A stretch of 64,000 bases of DNA from an uncultured Bacilli bacterium (GTDB lineage Bacteria > Bacillota_I > Bacilli_A > ML615J-28 > CAG-313): contig CAKPAZ010000002.1 in NCBI GenBank assembly GCA_934133195.1, forward strand, positions 13,954 to 77,953. Direction: 5' to 3'. Each line of letters opens with the position of its first letter. Position 1 is the first letter of the stretch. Below, in pieces: positions 56,918-64,000 of the stretch. The notes beneath the pieces were generated by a model. It saw only the letters and a list, made by a program, of their open reading frames with translations. It ran no database searches and was not told where the DNA came from. The translations under genes were made by a program, and so were the position numbers.

Positions 56918-58576
56918 ATGCTAGAAATTTATATTAATGGAATCAAAAAAGAAGTTCCTGAAGGAACTATGGTATTAGATTTACTACCAGATTTTGAAAG
57001 AACAAATTATTTAGTTTGTCAAATAAATAATCAGATTAAAGAATTAAGATTTTGTTTGACAGAAAAACACAATGGAGCTCATATTGAATTTAAAGGCTTA
57101 GAAATTATGGAAGGTGGAAAAGCATATGAAGCAAGTTTAAGACTTGTTATTGCGATGGCTTTTTATAACTTATATCCTGATCTTCACATTAGATTTAGTT
57201 ATAATGTTTCACGTTCAATCATGTGTGAAATACTTTCAAAAGGAATTCATATTACTAATGTCTGTGATGAAATAAAAAAAGAAGTCGCAAGAATTATTAA
57301 ATTAAATCTTCCAATTGAAAGAATTACTCTAACTAAACCTGAAGCTGTTGAACTTTATAAAAAGTTTAATCATTGTGACAAAATTGATATTTTAAAATAT
57401 CGCCCTGATCAAACTATTCATGTTCATAAAGTTGGCGATTATTACAACTATATGAATGCTTATGTAGTTCCATCTACAGGATGCTTAAAAGAATATGTAA
57501 TTAGACCTTATAGTCCTGGTTTGATTATTCAGTATCCTCGTTATGAATTAGGTGCCAAAATTCCTCATTTTGTTGAAGAATCAACATATGGTAAAACCCT
57601 TAGACAAGCTTACAAATGGGGAAGAATGACTCATAGTCAAACTATTGTTGATATAAACAAAAAGATTGAAGAAGGTAATATCGTTGATTTTATTCAAATG
57701 TGCGAATCAAAGCATAATAATATGCTTGCAGAACTTGGAGAGATTATTTCTAAAGATATTGAAAATATTCGACTAATTGCTATTGCGGGACCATCTTCTA
57801 GTGGAAAAACTACATTTTGTAATCGTTTAAGAATTGAACTTATGTCAAAAGGTATTAACCCTGTTATGATTTCAATGGATAATTATTATCTAACAAGAAG
57901 TGAAATTGCTAAAATACAAAATACTACACCTGATGCAGTAGACTTAGAACATATCAATACTCTTGACATAGACCTATTTAACCGTAACCTATTTGATTTA
58001 ATCAATGGTGAAGAAGTAACACTTCCTGTGTTTAATTTTTCTAAAGGTATTCGTGAAGTTGGAGAAACAATTAAGATCGATAATAATACTCCAATTATCA
58101 TTGAAGGAATTCATGCTTTAAATGAAAAACTTACTTCTTCTATTCCAAAGCATCAAAAGTTTAAAATTTACATTGCTCCTCAAGCTCAAATTAATATCGA
58201 CAATCATTCACCACTTTCTACTACTGACTTACGTTTAATTAGACGTATAGTTCGTGATATGAAATTTAGAAATTGTCCAGCTGCAGGAACCATAGATATG
58301 TGGCCATCTGTTCGTGAAGGTGAATTCAAATGGATATATCCTAACCAAGAGGGTGCAAACTATGTCTTTAACTCTGAATTAACATATGAACTTGCGGTAC
58401 TAAGAACTCAAGCTCTACCAGCATTAAGAGAGATTAAGCCAACTGATCCTGAGTACTTAGTAGCTAACCGACTTATTAAGTACCTTAAATATTTTAGACC
58501 AATTGAAGATGAAAGTTTAATTCCATGTAATTCTTTATTAAGAGAATTCATTGGCGGAAGTTGTTTTAAAGTTTGA
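56918..58576 (+). CDS. uridine-kinase-family nucleoside kinase fused to an N-terminal ThrRS-like (TGS / second additional domain-like) region
   Basis: 552 aa. The P-loop is IAGPSSSGKTTFCNRL in the C-terminal half. The N-terminal roughly 270 aa has a beta-grasp-like start (MLEIYINGIKKEVPEGTMVLDLL). Confidence 0.65.
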   Translation: MLEIYINGIKKEVPEGTMVLDLLPDFERTNYLVCQINNQIKELRFCLTEKHNGAHIEFKGLEIMEGGKAYEASLRLVIAMAFYNLYPDLHIRFSYNVSRSIMCEILSKGIHITNVCDEIKKEVARIIKLNLPIERITLTKPEAVELYKKFNHCDKIDILKYRPDQTIHVHKVGDYYNYMNAYVVPSTGCLKEYVIRPYSPGLIIQYPRYELGAKIPHFVEESTYGKTLRQAYKWGRMTHSQTIVDINKKIEEGNIVDFIQMCESKHNNMLAELGEIISKDIENIRLIAIAGPSSSGKTTFCNRLRIELMSKGINPVMISMDNYYLTRSEIAKIQNTTPDAVDLEHINTLDIDLFNRNLFDLINGEEVTLPVFNFSKGIREVGETIKIDNNTPIIIEGIHALNEKLTSSIPKHQKFKIYIAPQAQINIDNHSPLSTTDLRLIRRIVRDMKFRNCPAAGTIDMWPSVREGEFKWIYPNQEGANYVFNSELTYELAVLRTQALPALREIKPTDPEYLVANRLIKYLKYFRPIEDESLIPCNSLLREFIGGSCFKV

Positions 58577-58612
58577 TAAAGTGGATATAATATAATTATA
58601 AATGGAGGGAAT

Positions 58613-58930
58613 ATGAAACTACAACATATTAAACAAGATGAATTTAACAAAGAAGTACTAAGCAGCACAACACCTGTTGTTGTTGATTTCTATGCAGATT
58701 GGTGTGGCCCATGTCAAATGTTAGGGCCAGTACTTGAAGAAATTGCTGAAGAACATCAAAACATTAAAATTGTAAAAGTTAATGTTGATAATGCTCAAGA
58801 ATTATGCCGTGAATATGGCATCTTCAGTATTCCTCATGTTATCATTTTTAAAGAAGGCAAAAAAATCGATAATTTTGTTGGATTCCAATCAAAAGAAAAA
58901 GTACTTGATGTTTTAAAAAAGTATATGTAA
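58613..58930 (+). CDS. trxA: thioredoxin
   Basis: 105 aa with the WCGPC active site. Confidence 0.95.
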   Translation: MKLQHIKQDEFNKEVLSSTTPVVVDFYADWCGPCQMLGPVLEEIAEEHQNIKIVKVNVDNAQELCREYGIFSIPHVIIFKEGKKIDNFVGFQSKEKVLDVLKKYM

Positions 58931-58934
58931 AAAG

Positions 58935-58972
58935 AACCGGATTAGCGTAAAAGTTAATCCGGTTTTCTTTTT
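58935..58972. terminator. bidirectional terminator between trxA and the TrxR-like gene
   Basis: AACCGGATTA-loop-TAATCCGGTT followed by TTCTTTTT. It overlaps the last codons of the minus-strand gene. Confidence 0.8.
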
Positions 58973-59826
58973 AAATATTCACTAATTGATGTTGCGGCTA
59001 TCATTCCTTCATACACCGCTTTATTTACTTGATATGGTTGTTCTAAAATATCACCACAAGCAAAAATTCCTTTTACTGATGTTTCCATCTTATTATTTAC
59101 TACAAGATGATTATTTGAAAATTCTAGTCCAACTTTGCGTGAAAATTCATATGCTCCAGGAGTTTTCCAAGCAACAAATAATCCTGGGACTTTTATTTTA
59201 GTTTCATCTTCAAACTCTATTTCTTCAAGTTTTCCTTCGCCTAGAAATTTCTTAATTTTTCTTGTTTCAACTTTTATATCATCAGTTATTACAAAATTAG
59301 GTGTTTCTCCATTTGTTAGAATAGTAACACTCTTGGCAATATGTTGAAGTTCATGAGCCTCTGATAGTGCATATGGACCATATCCTAAAACATAGACATC
59401 TTGATTACGATAGAAAAAACCATCACAAATTGCACAAAAACTAATGTTTGTATCAACATATTCTTTTATATTGCTGATCATAGGAATTGACCTTGAGGTT
59501 CCTGTTGCAAGAACGATTGTTTTTGCAAAAAAGCTATCTGATGTTGTTTCAACTGTAAACTTAGGAATACTTTGATAATCTGATTTTATGTTTAAAACTT
59601 CAGTTATATCAAAGGGAATGTTTAAATGTTCTAATTGTTTTATTCCTAAATCATATAATTCTTTTCCTGTTATTTCCGGAAATCCATAGTAATTTTCTAT
59701 TACCTTAGCCTTTTTTAATGCACTATCATTTGTTGATAAAACTAGCACATCAAATCCACTTCTTTTTAAATATACAGCAGCAGAAACACCAGATGGGCCA
59801 GAACCAATAATTATTGTATCATACAT
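58954..59826 (-). CDS. thioredoxin-reductase-like flavoprotein lacking the NADPH-binding signature
   Basis: 290 aa. The FAD motif is IIIGSGPSGVSAA and the redox CxxC is FCAICDGFFYRNQ. Canonical TrxB has GGGNSA...HRRxxxR where this protein has LGYGPYA...TNGETPN. Confidence 0.7.
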   Translation of the reverse strand: MYDTIIIGSGPSGVSAAVYLKRSGFDVLVLSTNDSALKKAKVIENYYGFPEITGKELYDLGIKQLEHLNIPFDITEVLNIKSDYQSIPKFTVETTSDSFFAKTIVLATGTSRSIPMISNIKEYVDTNISFCAICDGFFYRNQDVYVLGYGPYALSEAHELQHIAKSVTILTNGETPNFVITDDIKVETRKIKKFLGEGKLEEIEFEDETKIKVPGLFVAWKTPGAYEFSRKVGLEFSNNHLVVNNKMETSVKGIFACGDILEQPYQVNKAVYEGMIAATSISEYLKRKPD

Positions 59827-59838
59827 ATAAATACCTCA

Positions 59839-60537
59839 CTAGATATGGAATCTTTTCTTGAATTCATCCTTAGTAGCTCTATCACCAAAGATAAACATTC
59901 CAATAATTGTTAGTACTGCATATAATGCACTTGCAATACTTGGCCATAAGACTAACTTATCATTTAATATAAATAATGGTTTAACCGATTTAGTAAATGA
60001 AAGAATCAATGGTAAAGTACCAACCAATGCCACAGCAATTAAATATAACATATAATCTTTGTAACGCATAGTTTTAATAAATATTAATAAGGTTATAGAA
60101 AATATTGTTCCAATCATTATAAATGGTAAAGCATATGGTGTTAACCAATGAACATTTGGAGTTATAAGCTGAATTTGGAGTAACAATATTGTTATCGCAA
60201 GGGCTTGTAAAACTAGTTTTAAAGCTATGTTACGTCTTGAAATAATGGTTCCTTTAATTAATACCCATAAATAGATAATGCCACCTAATACTACAAGCGA
60301 CCATATTGTTCCGTTATATGTTAAAGCATTTACTACTGCACAAATACTACATGCCATAATTGATAGAAAAATAAAGACTTTTCTTGCCATATGAAGTTTT
60401 TCCTTTTTTGGTTTATATCCTTCGTATGGTTCAAATCCTGATGATGTTTTATTATTTTCTACTAATACATCTCTACACAAAGGGCATGTCATTCTATTTG
60501 TATCAACATCTATATTACACTTATTACAATGTTTCAT
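59839..60537 (-). CDS. zinc-ribbon-headed polytopic membrane protein (DUF6320-like)
   Basis: 232 aa. It begins MKHCNKCNIDVDTNRMTCPLCRD (CxxC...CxxC), followed by about 5-6 TM segments. There is an ATGA overlap with the upstream gene. Confidence 0.6.
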   Translation of the reverse strand: MKHCNKCNIDVDTNRMTCPLCRDVLVENNKTSSGFEPYEGYKPKKEKLHMARKVFIFLSIMACSICAVVNALTYNGTIWSLVVLGGIIYLWVLIKGTIISRRNIALKLVLQALAITILLLQIQLITPNVHWLTPYALPFIMIGTIFSITLLIFIKTMRYKDYMLYLIAVALVGTLPLILSFTKSVKPLFILNDKLVLWPSIASALYAVLTIIGMFIFGDRATKDEFKKRFHI

Positions 60538-61805
60538 GATTCCACCTCCAAATCATTTGATTGAACTGTTATTTGGAGTCCATCATTAACTAAATGACGT
60601 ACAAAGTTTTTTTGAAGAGTACGTTCAATTATTCTTGAAGTAAAAGTCAAAGTAATTTTATCATTATATGTTGATGCGGAAAGGTTAGTCGGACCATCAC
60701 TGTTTGCACCAATCATAAAATATATATTATCAACATATTTATAAAAATCTTTTGGAACTTTTATGATTCCAAGATTGGAAAAACTAATTGTGTTTAAATC
60801 ACTTCCATAAGATTTATAACTTAAATTTAAAGCAATCTTCTTTATAAATAGAGGTAATATTCTAATAAAGAAGTTTTTTTCTATTTTAACATTAGAAACA
60901 AGACGTGATGTTAAATGTTCTTTTGTTAAATTTTCTTCAAAACTTTTTTTAGTTATATTTAAAACATCTTCAAATGTATAGTCTTGATTTAAATTCATTT
61001 GAAGTGATGTTCTTATATAAAGCATAAAGTTTCTTAAGCTCTTACTACCAAAATATTTTCTTGCGTTAACTGGTGTAAATAACGTAATTGGTCTTTTTTT
61101 AGGATCATCATAAGTTTTTAATATTTCGTATAATAATACGCTTCCTAAATATTCTGTTACTGTTACTTGTTTTTTATTCACAAGTTCCTTTAAACTTTTG
61201 ATATTCATCATAACATGAATTACGCCGACCCAGTTATCTTGATATTTTGTTCCTTTAATTTTGTAAGCTTTTGGCTCTTTATTAATTGTTTTTATTTTTG
61301 AATTATAGTTATAAACAAAACTATCTTGACCTTCATCAGACAATTGTTCATATTCAGTTGTCATTATTGAACCATCATTTATTATTTCTTTATTATCTAA
61401 TTGTAAATAATAAAAGATAATTGTTTTAAAAAATTCAATTCCCCCATTACCATCACTTAATGCATGAAACATTTCTAGTGAGATTCTTTTTTTACTATAT
61501 TCAACACAAAACATAAATTTATTATGTTCATCTGTGTTGATGGTATCAAACAATTGTGGTGATTCAACTCTAATTAATGGTTGTAAATCATTGTGTTCAA
61601 AATAATACCAAAATGTTCCCCTTTTTAATTTTACCGAATACATTGGAAAACGAGTTAAAGCAGTATGAACAGCTTCTTTTAAAAGTTCTGGTTTAACTTC
61701 TTCTTTTAATACAGCTGATAATCTAAAATAATTACTTGAGTCATTATGTGAGATTGCTGGAAAGATTTTTGCAGCATTATCTAGTTTATACCATTTTTCA
61801 CTCAT
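60534..61805 (-). CDS. HxxxD acyltransferase (condensation-domain / alcohol acetyltransferase-like)
   Basis: 423 aa. It begins WYKLDNAAKIFPA. The catalytic-type motif is MFHALSDGNGG (HxxxDG). Confidence 0.6.
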   Translation of the reverse strand: MSEKWYKLDNAAKIFPAISHNDSSNYFRLSAVLKEEVKPELLKEAVHTALTRFPMYSVKLKRGTFWYYFEHNDLQPLIRVESPQLFDTINTDEHNKFMFCVEYSKKRISLEMFHALSDGNGGIEFFKTIIFYYLQLDNKEIINDGSIMTTEYEQLSDEGQDSFVYNYNSKIKTINKEPKAYKIKGTKYQDNWVGVIHVMMNIKSLKELVNKKQVTVTEYLGSVLLYEILKTYDDPKKRPITLFTPVNARKYFGSKSLRNFMLYIRTSLQMNLNQDYTFEDVLNITKKSFEENLTKEHLTSRLVSNVKIEKNFFIRILPLFIKKIALNLSYKSYGSDLNTISFSNLGIIKVPKDFYKYVDNIYFMIGANSDGPTNLSASTYNDKITLTFTSRIIERTLQKNFVRHLVNDGLQITVQSNDLEVES

Positions 61806-61820
61806 TGTTTCCCCTCCTTT

Positions 61821-62570
61821 TTATTTTTTTAGTTCATATAATACAATTGAAGATGCAGCTAATACATTTAGTGATTCTACATCATTTTGCATTTCTATTT
61901 TAATATTTTTATCCATTAGTTTAATTATTTCTTCGTTCATTCCTCTTGCTTCATTTCCAAAACATACCGCATACTTTTTACAATGCTTAATGCTTTCTAA
62001 ATTTACTGAATTATCAAGAGTTGTACCAAAACATATTATTCCATTCTTTTTCAATTTAGAAATTAATGTTTCTAAATTACCATAATAAAATGGAATCTTA
62101 AAGATTGAACCTTGTGTAGCTCTTATGGACTTTTCGTTATATATATCAACAGTATCACTTGACATATATATAGCATCATATCCAAGAGCAGCTGCAGTAC
62201 GTACTATTGACCCTAAGTTACCAGGATCATTAACATTATCTAAAAGTACAATTTTTATAGAATCCTTTTTTAAATCAAGTGGTGAGTTTTCTTTCATTCT
62301 TACTACTCCGATGATTCCTTGAGGATTGATTGTTGTTGATAATTTTTTAATAATTTGTTCTGTAACTAGATATTGTTCACAATTTTTAAATTGATTAAAG
62401 TCTTTTTCATTTGTTGTGAAAATACAATCAAGTTGATTATGTTTATAAGCTTCTTCAACAAGATGGTATCCTTCAACAATAAATTGATGTTTACTTGTTC
62501 TTACCTTTTTATCATGTAATTTATCAACTAATTTTATTGTTTCATTTTGAAGTGATTGTATAACTTTCAT
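61821..62570 (-). CDS. TrmH/SpoU family RNA 2'-O-methyltransferase
   Basis: 249 aa. Motifs seen: LDNVNDPGNLGSIVRTAAALG, FGNEARGM and LNVLAASSIVLYE. Confidence 0.85.
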   Translation of the reverse strand: MKVIQSLQNETIKLVDKLHDKKVRTSKHQFIVEGYHLVEEAYKHNQLDCIFTTNEKDFNQFKNCEQYLVTEQIIKKLSTTINPQGIIGVVRMKENSPLDLKKDSIKIVLLDNVNDPGNLGSIVRTAAALGYDAIYMSSDTVDIYNEKSIRATQGSIFKIPFYYGNLETLISKLKKNGIICFGTTLDNSVNLESIKHCKKYAVCFGNEARGMNEEIIKLMDKNIKIEMQNDVESLNVLAASSIVLYELKK

Positions 62571-62577
62571 ATTTCAC

Positions 62578-63381
62578 CTATATTTGACGTTTAAAAAATA
62601 AAAATACATTAATTTCACAACCAACTAACCATAAAACAAAAGTTAGCCAAGTTACATACCAATATCCTGTAATGATTGATACGATCAAATAAATAGTTGT
62701 AAATAACGCAAGTAGATTTAAACAATTTCTAATTAATCTTGTATATGGCTTTTTATTTGGATATAAAAAACTATCTACAAATACATAGGCACTTCCTACC
62801 ACAAATATAACTAGCCAAGCAGGATGCCAAATTTTGATGTTTTTGTATATTGAACAGTAAAGGCTAGGTACTGTGTATAAAGCTACTGCAAATGTTAGGA
62901 ATGAAAGTCCTAAGAATACTCTTGTTAACACATTAAAGTTCATTTTTTTACAATATGTAAAAGTAAATAATGCTGTAATCCATAAGAAAATAATCGATGG
63001 TGCTAAAACAATAAAATATGTTTTCTTGAAACTATTTACAACAAATTTACTAACAATCATATATATAAGAATTATTATTAAAAAATAAATTGTTCCAAAA
63101 ATACTAAATCCCATCAATTTATCTTTTAATATTTTTTTACTTGATTCAACTTCTAAATCATGAAGAACTTGTTTATATGATGACATCATAACGGCCATAC
63201 ATTCTTTATATTTTTGATTTTCCGTTCCTGTTTGTAAATCATTGTATTTATCTAAAACTATTGACAATAGTTCTTCTTTTAAATCTAATACTTCTTTTGT
63301 CTTAGGATAATAAGAAAATTTTCTTTCAATTACTCTTTTTATACGATTTATTGTACGAGGATCACTCATCGTCATCACCAC
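62578..63381 (-). CDS. PadR-associated polytopic membrane protein
   Basis: An N-terminal soluble helix bundle (KEELLSIVLDKYNDL..) is followed by about 6 TM segments. The gene overlaps the padR stop. The start is ambiguous, between 63369 and 63381. Confidence 0.55.
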   Translation of the reverse strand: MVMTMSDPRTINRIKRVIERKFSYYPKTKEVLDLKEELLSIVLDKYNDLQTGTENQKYKECMAVMMSSYKQVLHDLEVESSKKILKDKLMGFSIFGTIYFLIIILIYMIVSKFVVNSFKKTYFIVLAPSIIFLWITALFTFTYCKKMNFNVLTRVFLGLSFLTFAVALYTVPSLYCSIYKNIKIWHPAWLVIFVVGSAYVFVDSFLYPNKKPYTRLIRNCLNLLALFTTIYLIVSIITGYWYVTWLTFVLWLVGCEINVFLFFKRQI

Positions 63382-63703
63382 CTAAAATTAAGTTATTTAA
63401 TATATGGTTTACTTCTTTCCATTCAATTATTTTTTGTTGGTAATATTCTTTACCACGTTCTGTTATATGGTAGTACTTACGACGAGCACCAGTGTTTTCT
63501 TCACCCCAATATGTGGTAATTAGACCATCGTTTTCCATTCTTTTGATAGTAGTATAAATCGTAGCATCTTTTAAATCAAAGATACCACCACCACGTTCAT
63601 TTATGCTTTTTAATACAGCATATCCATAGCTATCGTTATTTATCAATATTGCTAGAATGATTGTTTCTGTATTTCCTCTTAACATTTCACTTGAATATTT
63701 CAT
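63362..63703 (-). CDS. PadR family transcriptional regulator
   Basis: 113 aa. The sequence ETIILAILINNDSYGYAVLKSINERGGGIFDLKDATIYTTIKRMENDGLITTYW is present. Confidence 0.9.
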   Translation of the reverse strand: MKYSSEMLRGNTETIILAILINNDSYGYAVLKSINERGGGIFDLKDATIYTTIKRMENDGLITTYWGEENTGARRKYYHITERGKEYYQQKIIEWKEVNHILNNLILGGDDDE

Positions 63704-63790
63704 ATTTTACCTACCTAATAACATTAGATATATGATAGCATAAATTAGCGTTTTTTTCATTAAAATTGCAAAAATATATATTTACATATA

Positions 63791-63826
63791 TAAAAAAAGA
63801 ATTAACCATTATTAGTGGTCAATTCT
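63791..63826 (-). terminator. rho-independent terminator after the partial gene at the window end
   Basis: The minus strand reads AGAATTGACC-loop-GGTTAATTCT (one G-U pair) followed by TTTTTTTATAT. Confidence 0.7.
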
Positions 63827-63841
63827 CTTTTTTGATTTTAA

Positions 63842-64000
63842 TTACTTTTCAGTATATGTTCCATGAATAATTGTTGAATATGTTTCGGATTTTGTTTCAC
63901 CAGTTTCATTATTCTTTACAGTTACTGTATAACTTGCTGTTTGTGTGTAATTAGGAACTTTAATTAATCTACCATTATCTTGAACTAATTCTGGAGTATT
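63842..64000 (-). CDS. C-terminal 52 codons of an unidentified protein (5' part outside the window)
   Basis: The open frame on the minus strand ends ..YTVTVKNNETGETKSETYSTIIHGTYTEK-stop (TAA is the complement of 63842-63844) and is followed by a terminator. It is beta-strand-rich and Ig-like in flavour. Confidence 0.45.
   Translation of the reverse strand, partial: NTPELVQDNGRLIKVPNYTQTASYTVTVKNNETGETKSETYSTIIHGTYTEK

Noticed and set aside
1152-63088. About 45 short ORFs (60-180 aa) in the supplied track lie antisense to, or out of frame within, long well-supported genes. Examples: 1152-1343, 4981-5193, 5435-5842, 8814-9053, 12006-12230, 26114-26314, 31409-31777, 38189-38725, 46250-46624, 51244-51516 and 62873-63088.
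   Set aside because: Each is fully embedded in a longer ORF that has recognisable family motifs. They show low-complexity Leu/Ile/Phe/Ser-rich translations typical of antisense frames in AT-rich DNA. No ribosome-binding sites were seen for them.
1-64000. Alternative genetic code (Mollicutes-type code 4, TGA = Trp), considered because of the very low G+C.
   Set aside because: Long conserved genes are uninterrupted under the standard code. Trp in conserved positions is TGG (for example WCGPC in trxA and QWRG in tyrS). TGA terminates the Cof-hydrolase gene at the expected length.
1-64000. Search for CRISPR arrays, tRNA or rRNA genes, IS elements, integrases and prophage blocks.
   Set aside because: I found no spaced direct repeats, no tRNA-like T-loop/acceptor patterns in the intergenic regions and no transposase or recombinase motifs. 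The intergenic regions are short and are explained by promoters, terminators, one T-box and one leader.

Overview
This is a 64 kb segment of a low-G+C Firmicutes-type chromosome (roughly 30 % G+C, judged by eye). Gene content and several small sporulation-associated genes suggest a Clostridia- or Erysipelotrichia-like lineage. The species cannot be named from the sequence alone. I support about 57 protein genes, most on the minus strand. The genetic code is standard: Trp is TGG and TGA is used as a stop. I saw no rRNA, tRNA, CRISPR array, transposase or integrase.

Housekeeping backbone:
- rimP-nusA-ylxR-ylxQ-infB-rbfA
- uvrC, rnj, def, trxA and murC
- tyrS behind a Tyr T-box leader
- an rpsP...rplS ribosomal operon that has been broken apart by insertions

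Accessory content:
1. Positions 469-15303 hold a glycan locus. It has three tandem GHL10 (DUF187) glycosidase paralogues, a GH20-like hexosaminidase, a PIG-L deacetylase, an M19 dipeptidase, an SxxK serine hydrolase and a 1127 aa CBM-plus-solute-binding fusion. I interpret this as a possible peptidoglycan or amino-sugar harvesting system.
2. Both surface GHL10 proteins end in an identical G-C-N-C-K-K / TM helix / R-K-R tail. I do not recognise this as a known sorting signal.
3. A 2517 aa lipoprotein combines a GDPD phosphodiesterase, beta-helix repeats and an Amidase_2 domain.
4. An AT-rich AbiEi/AbiEii (type IV toxin-antitoxin / abortive infection) cassette is present.
5. A Cys-free ArsR regulator and a P1B-ATPase metal operon runs directly into rimM-trmD.
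6. A tightly packed padR operon carries an HxxxD acyltransferase, a zinc-ribbon membrane protein and a thioredoxin-reductase-like flavoprotein that lacks the NADPH motif.

All family assignments come from motif recognition by eye. No searches were run.
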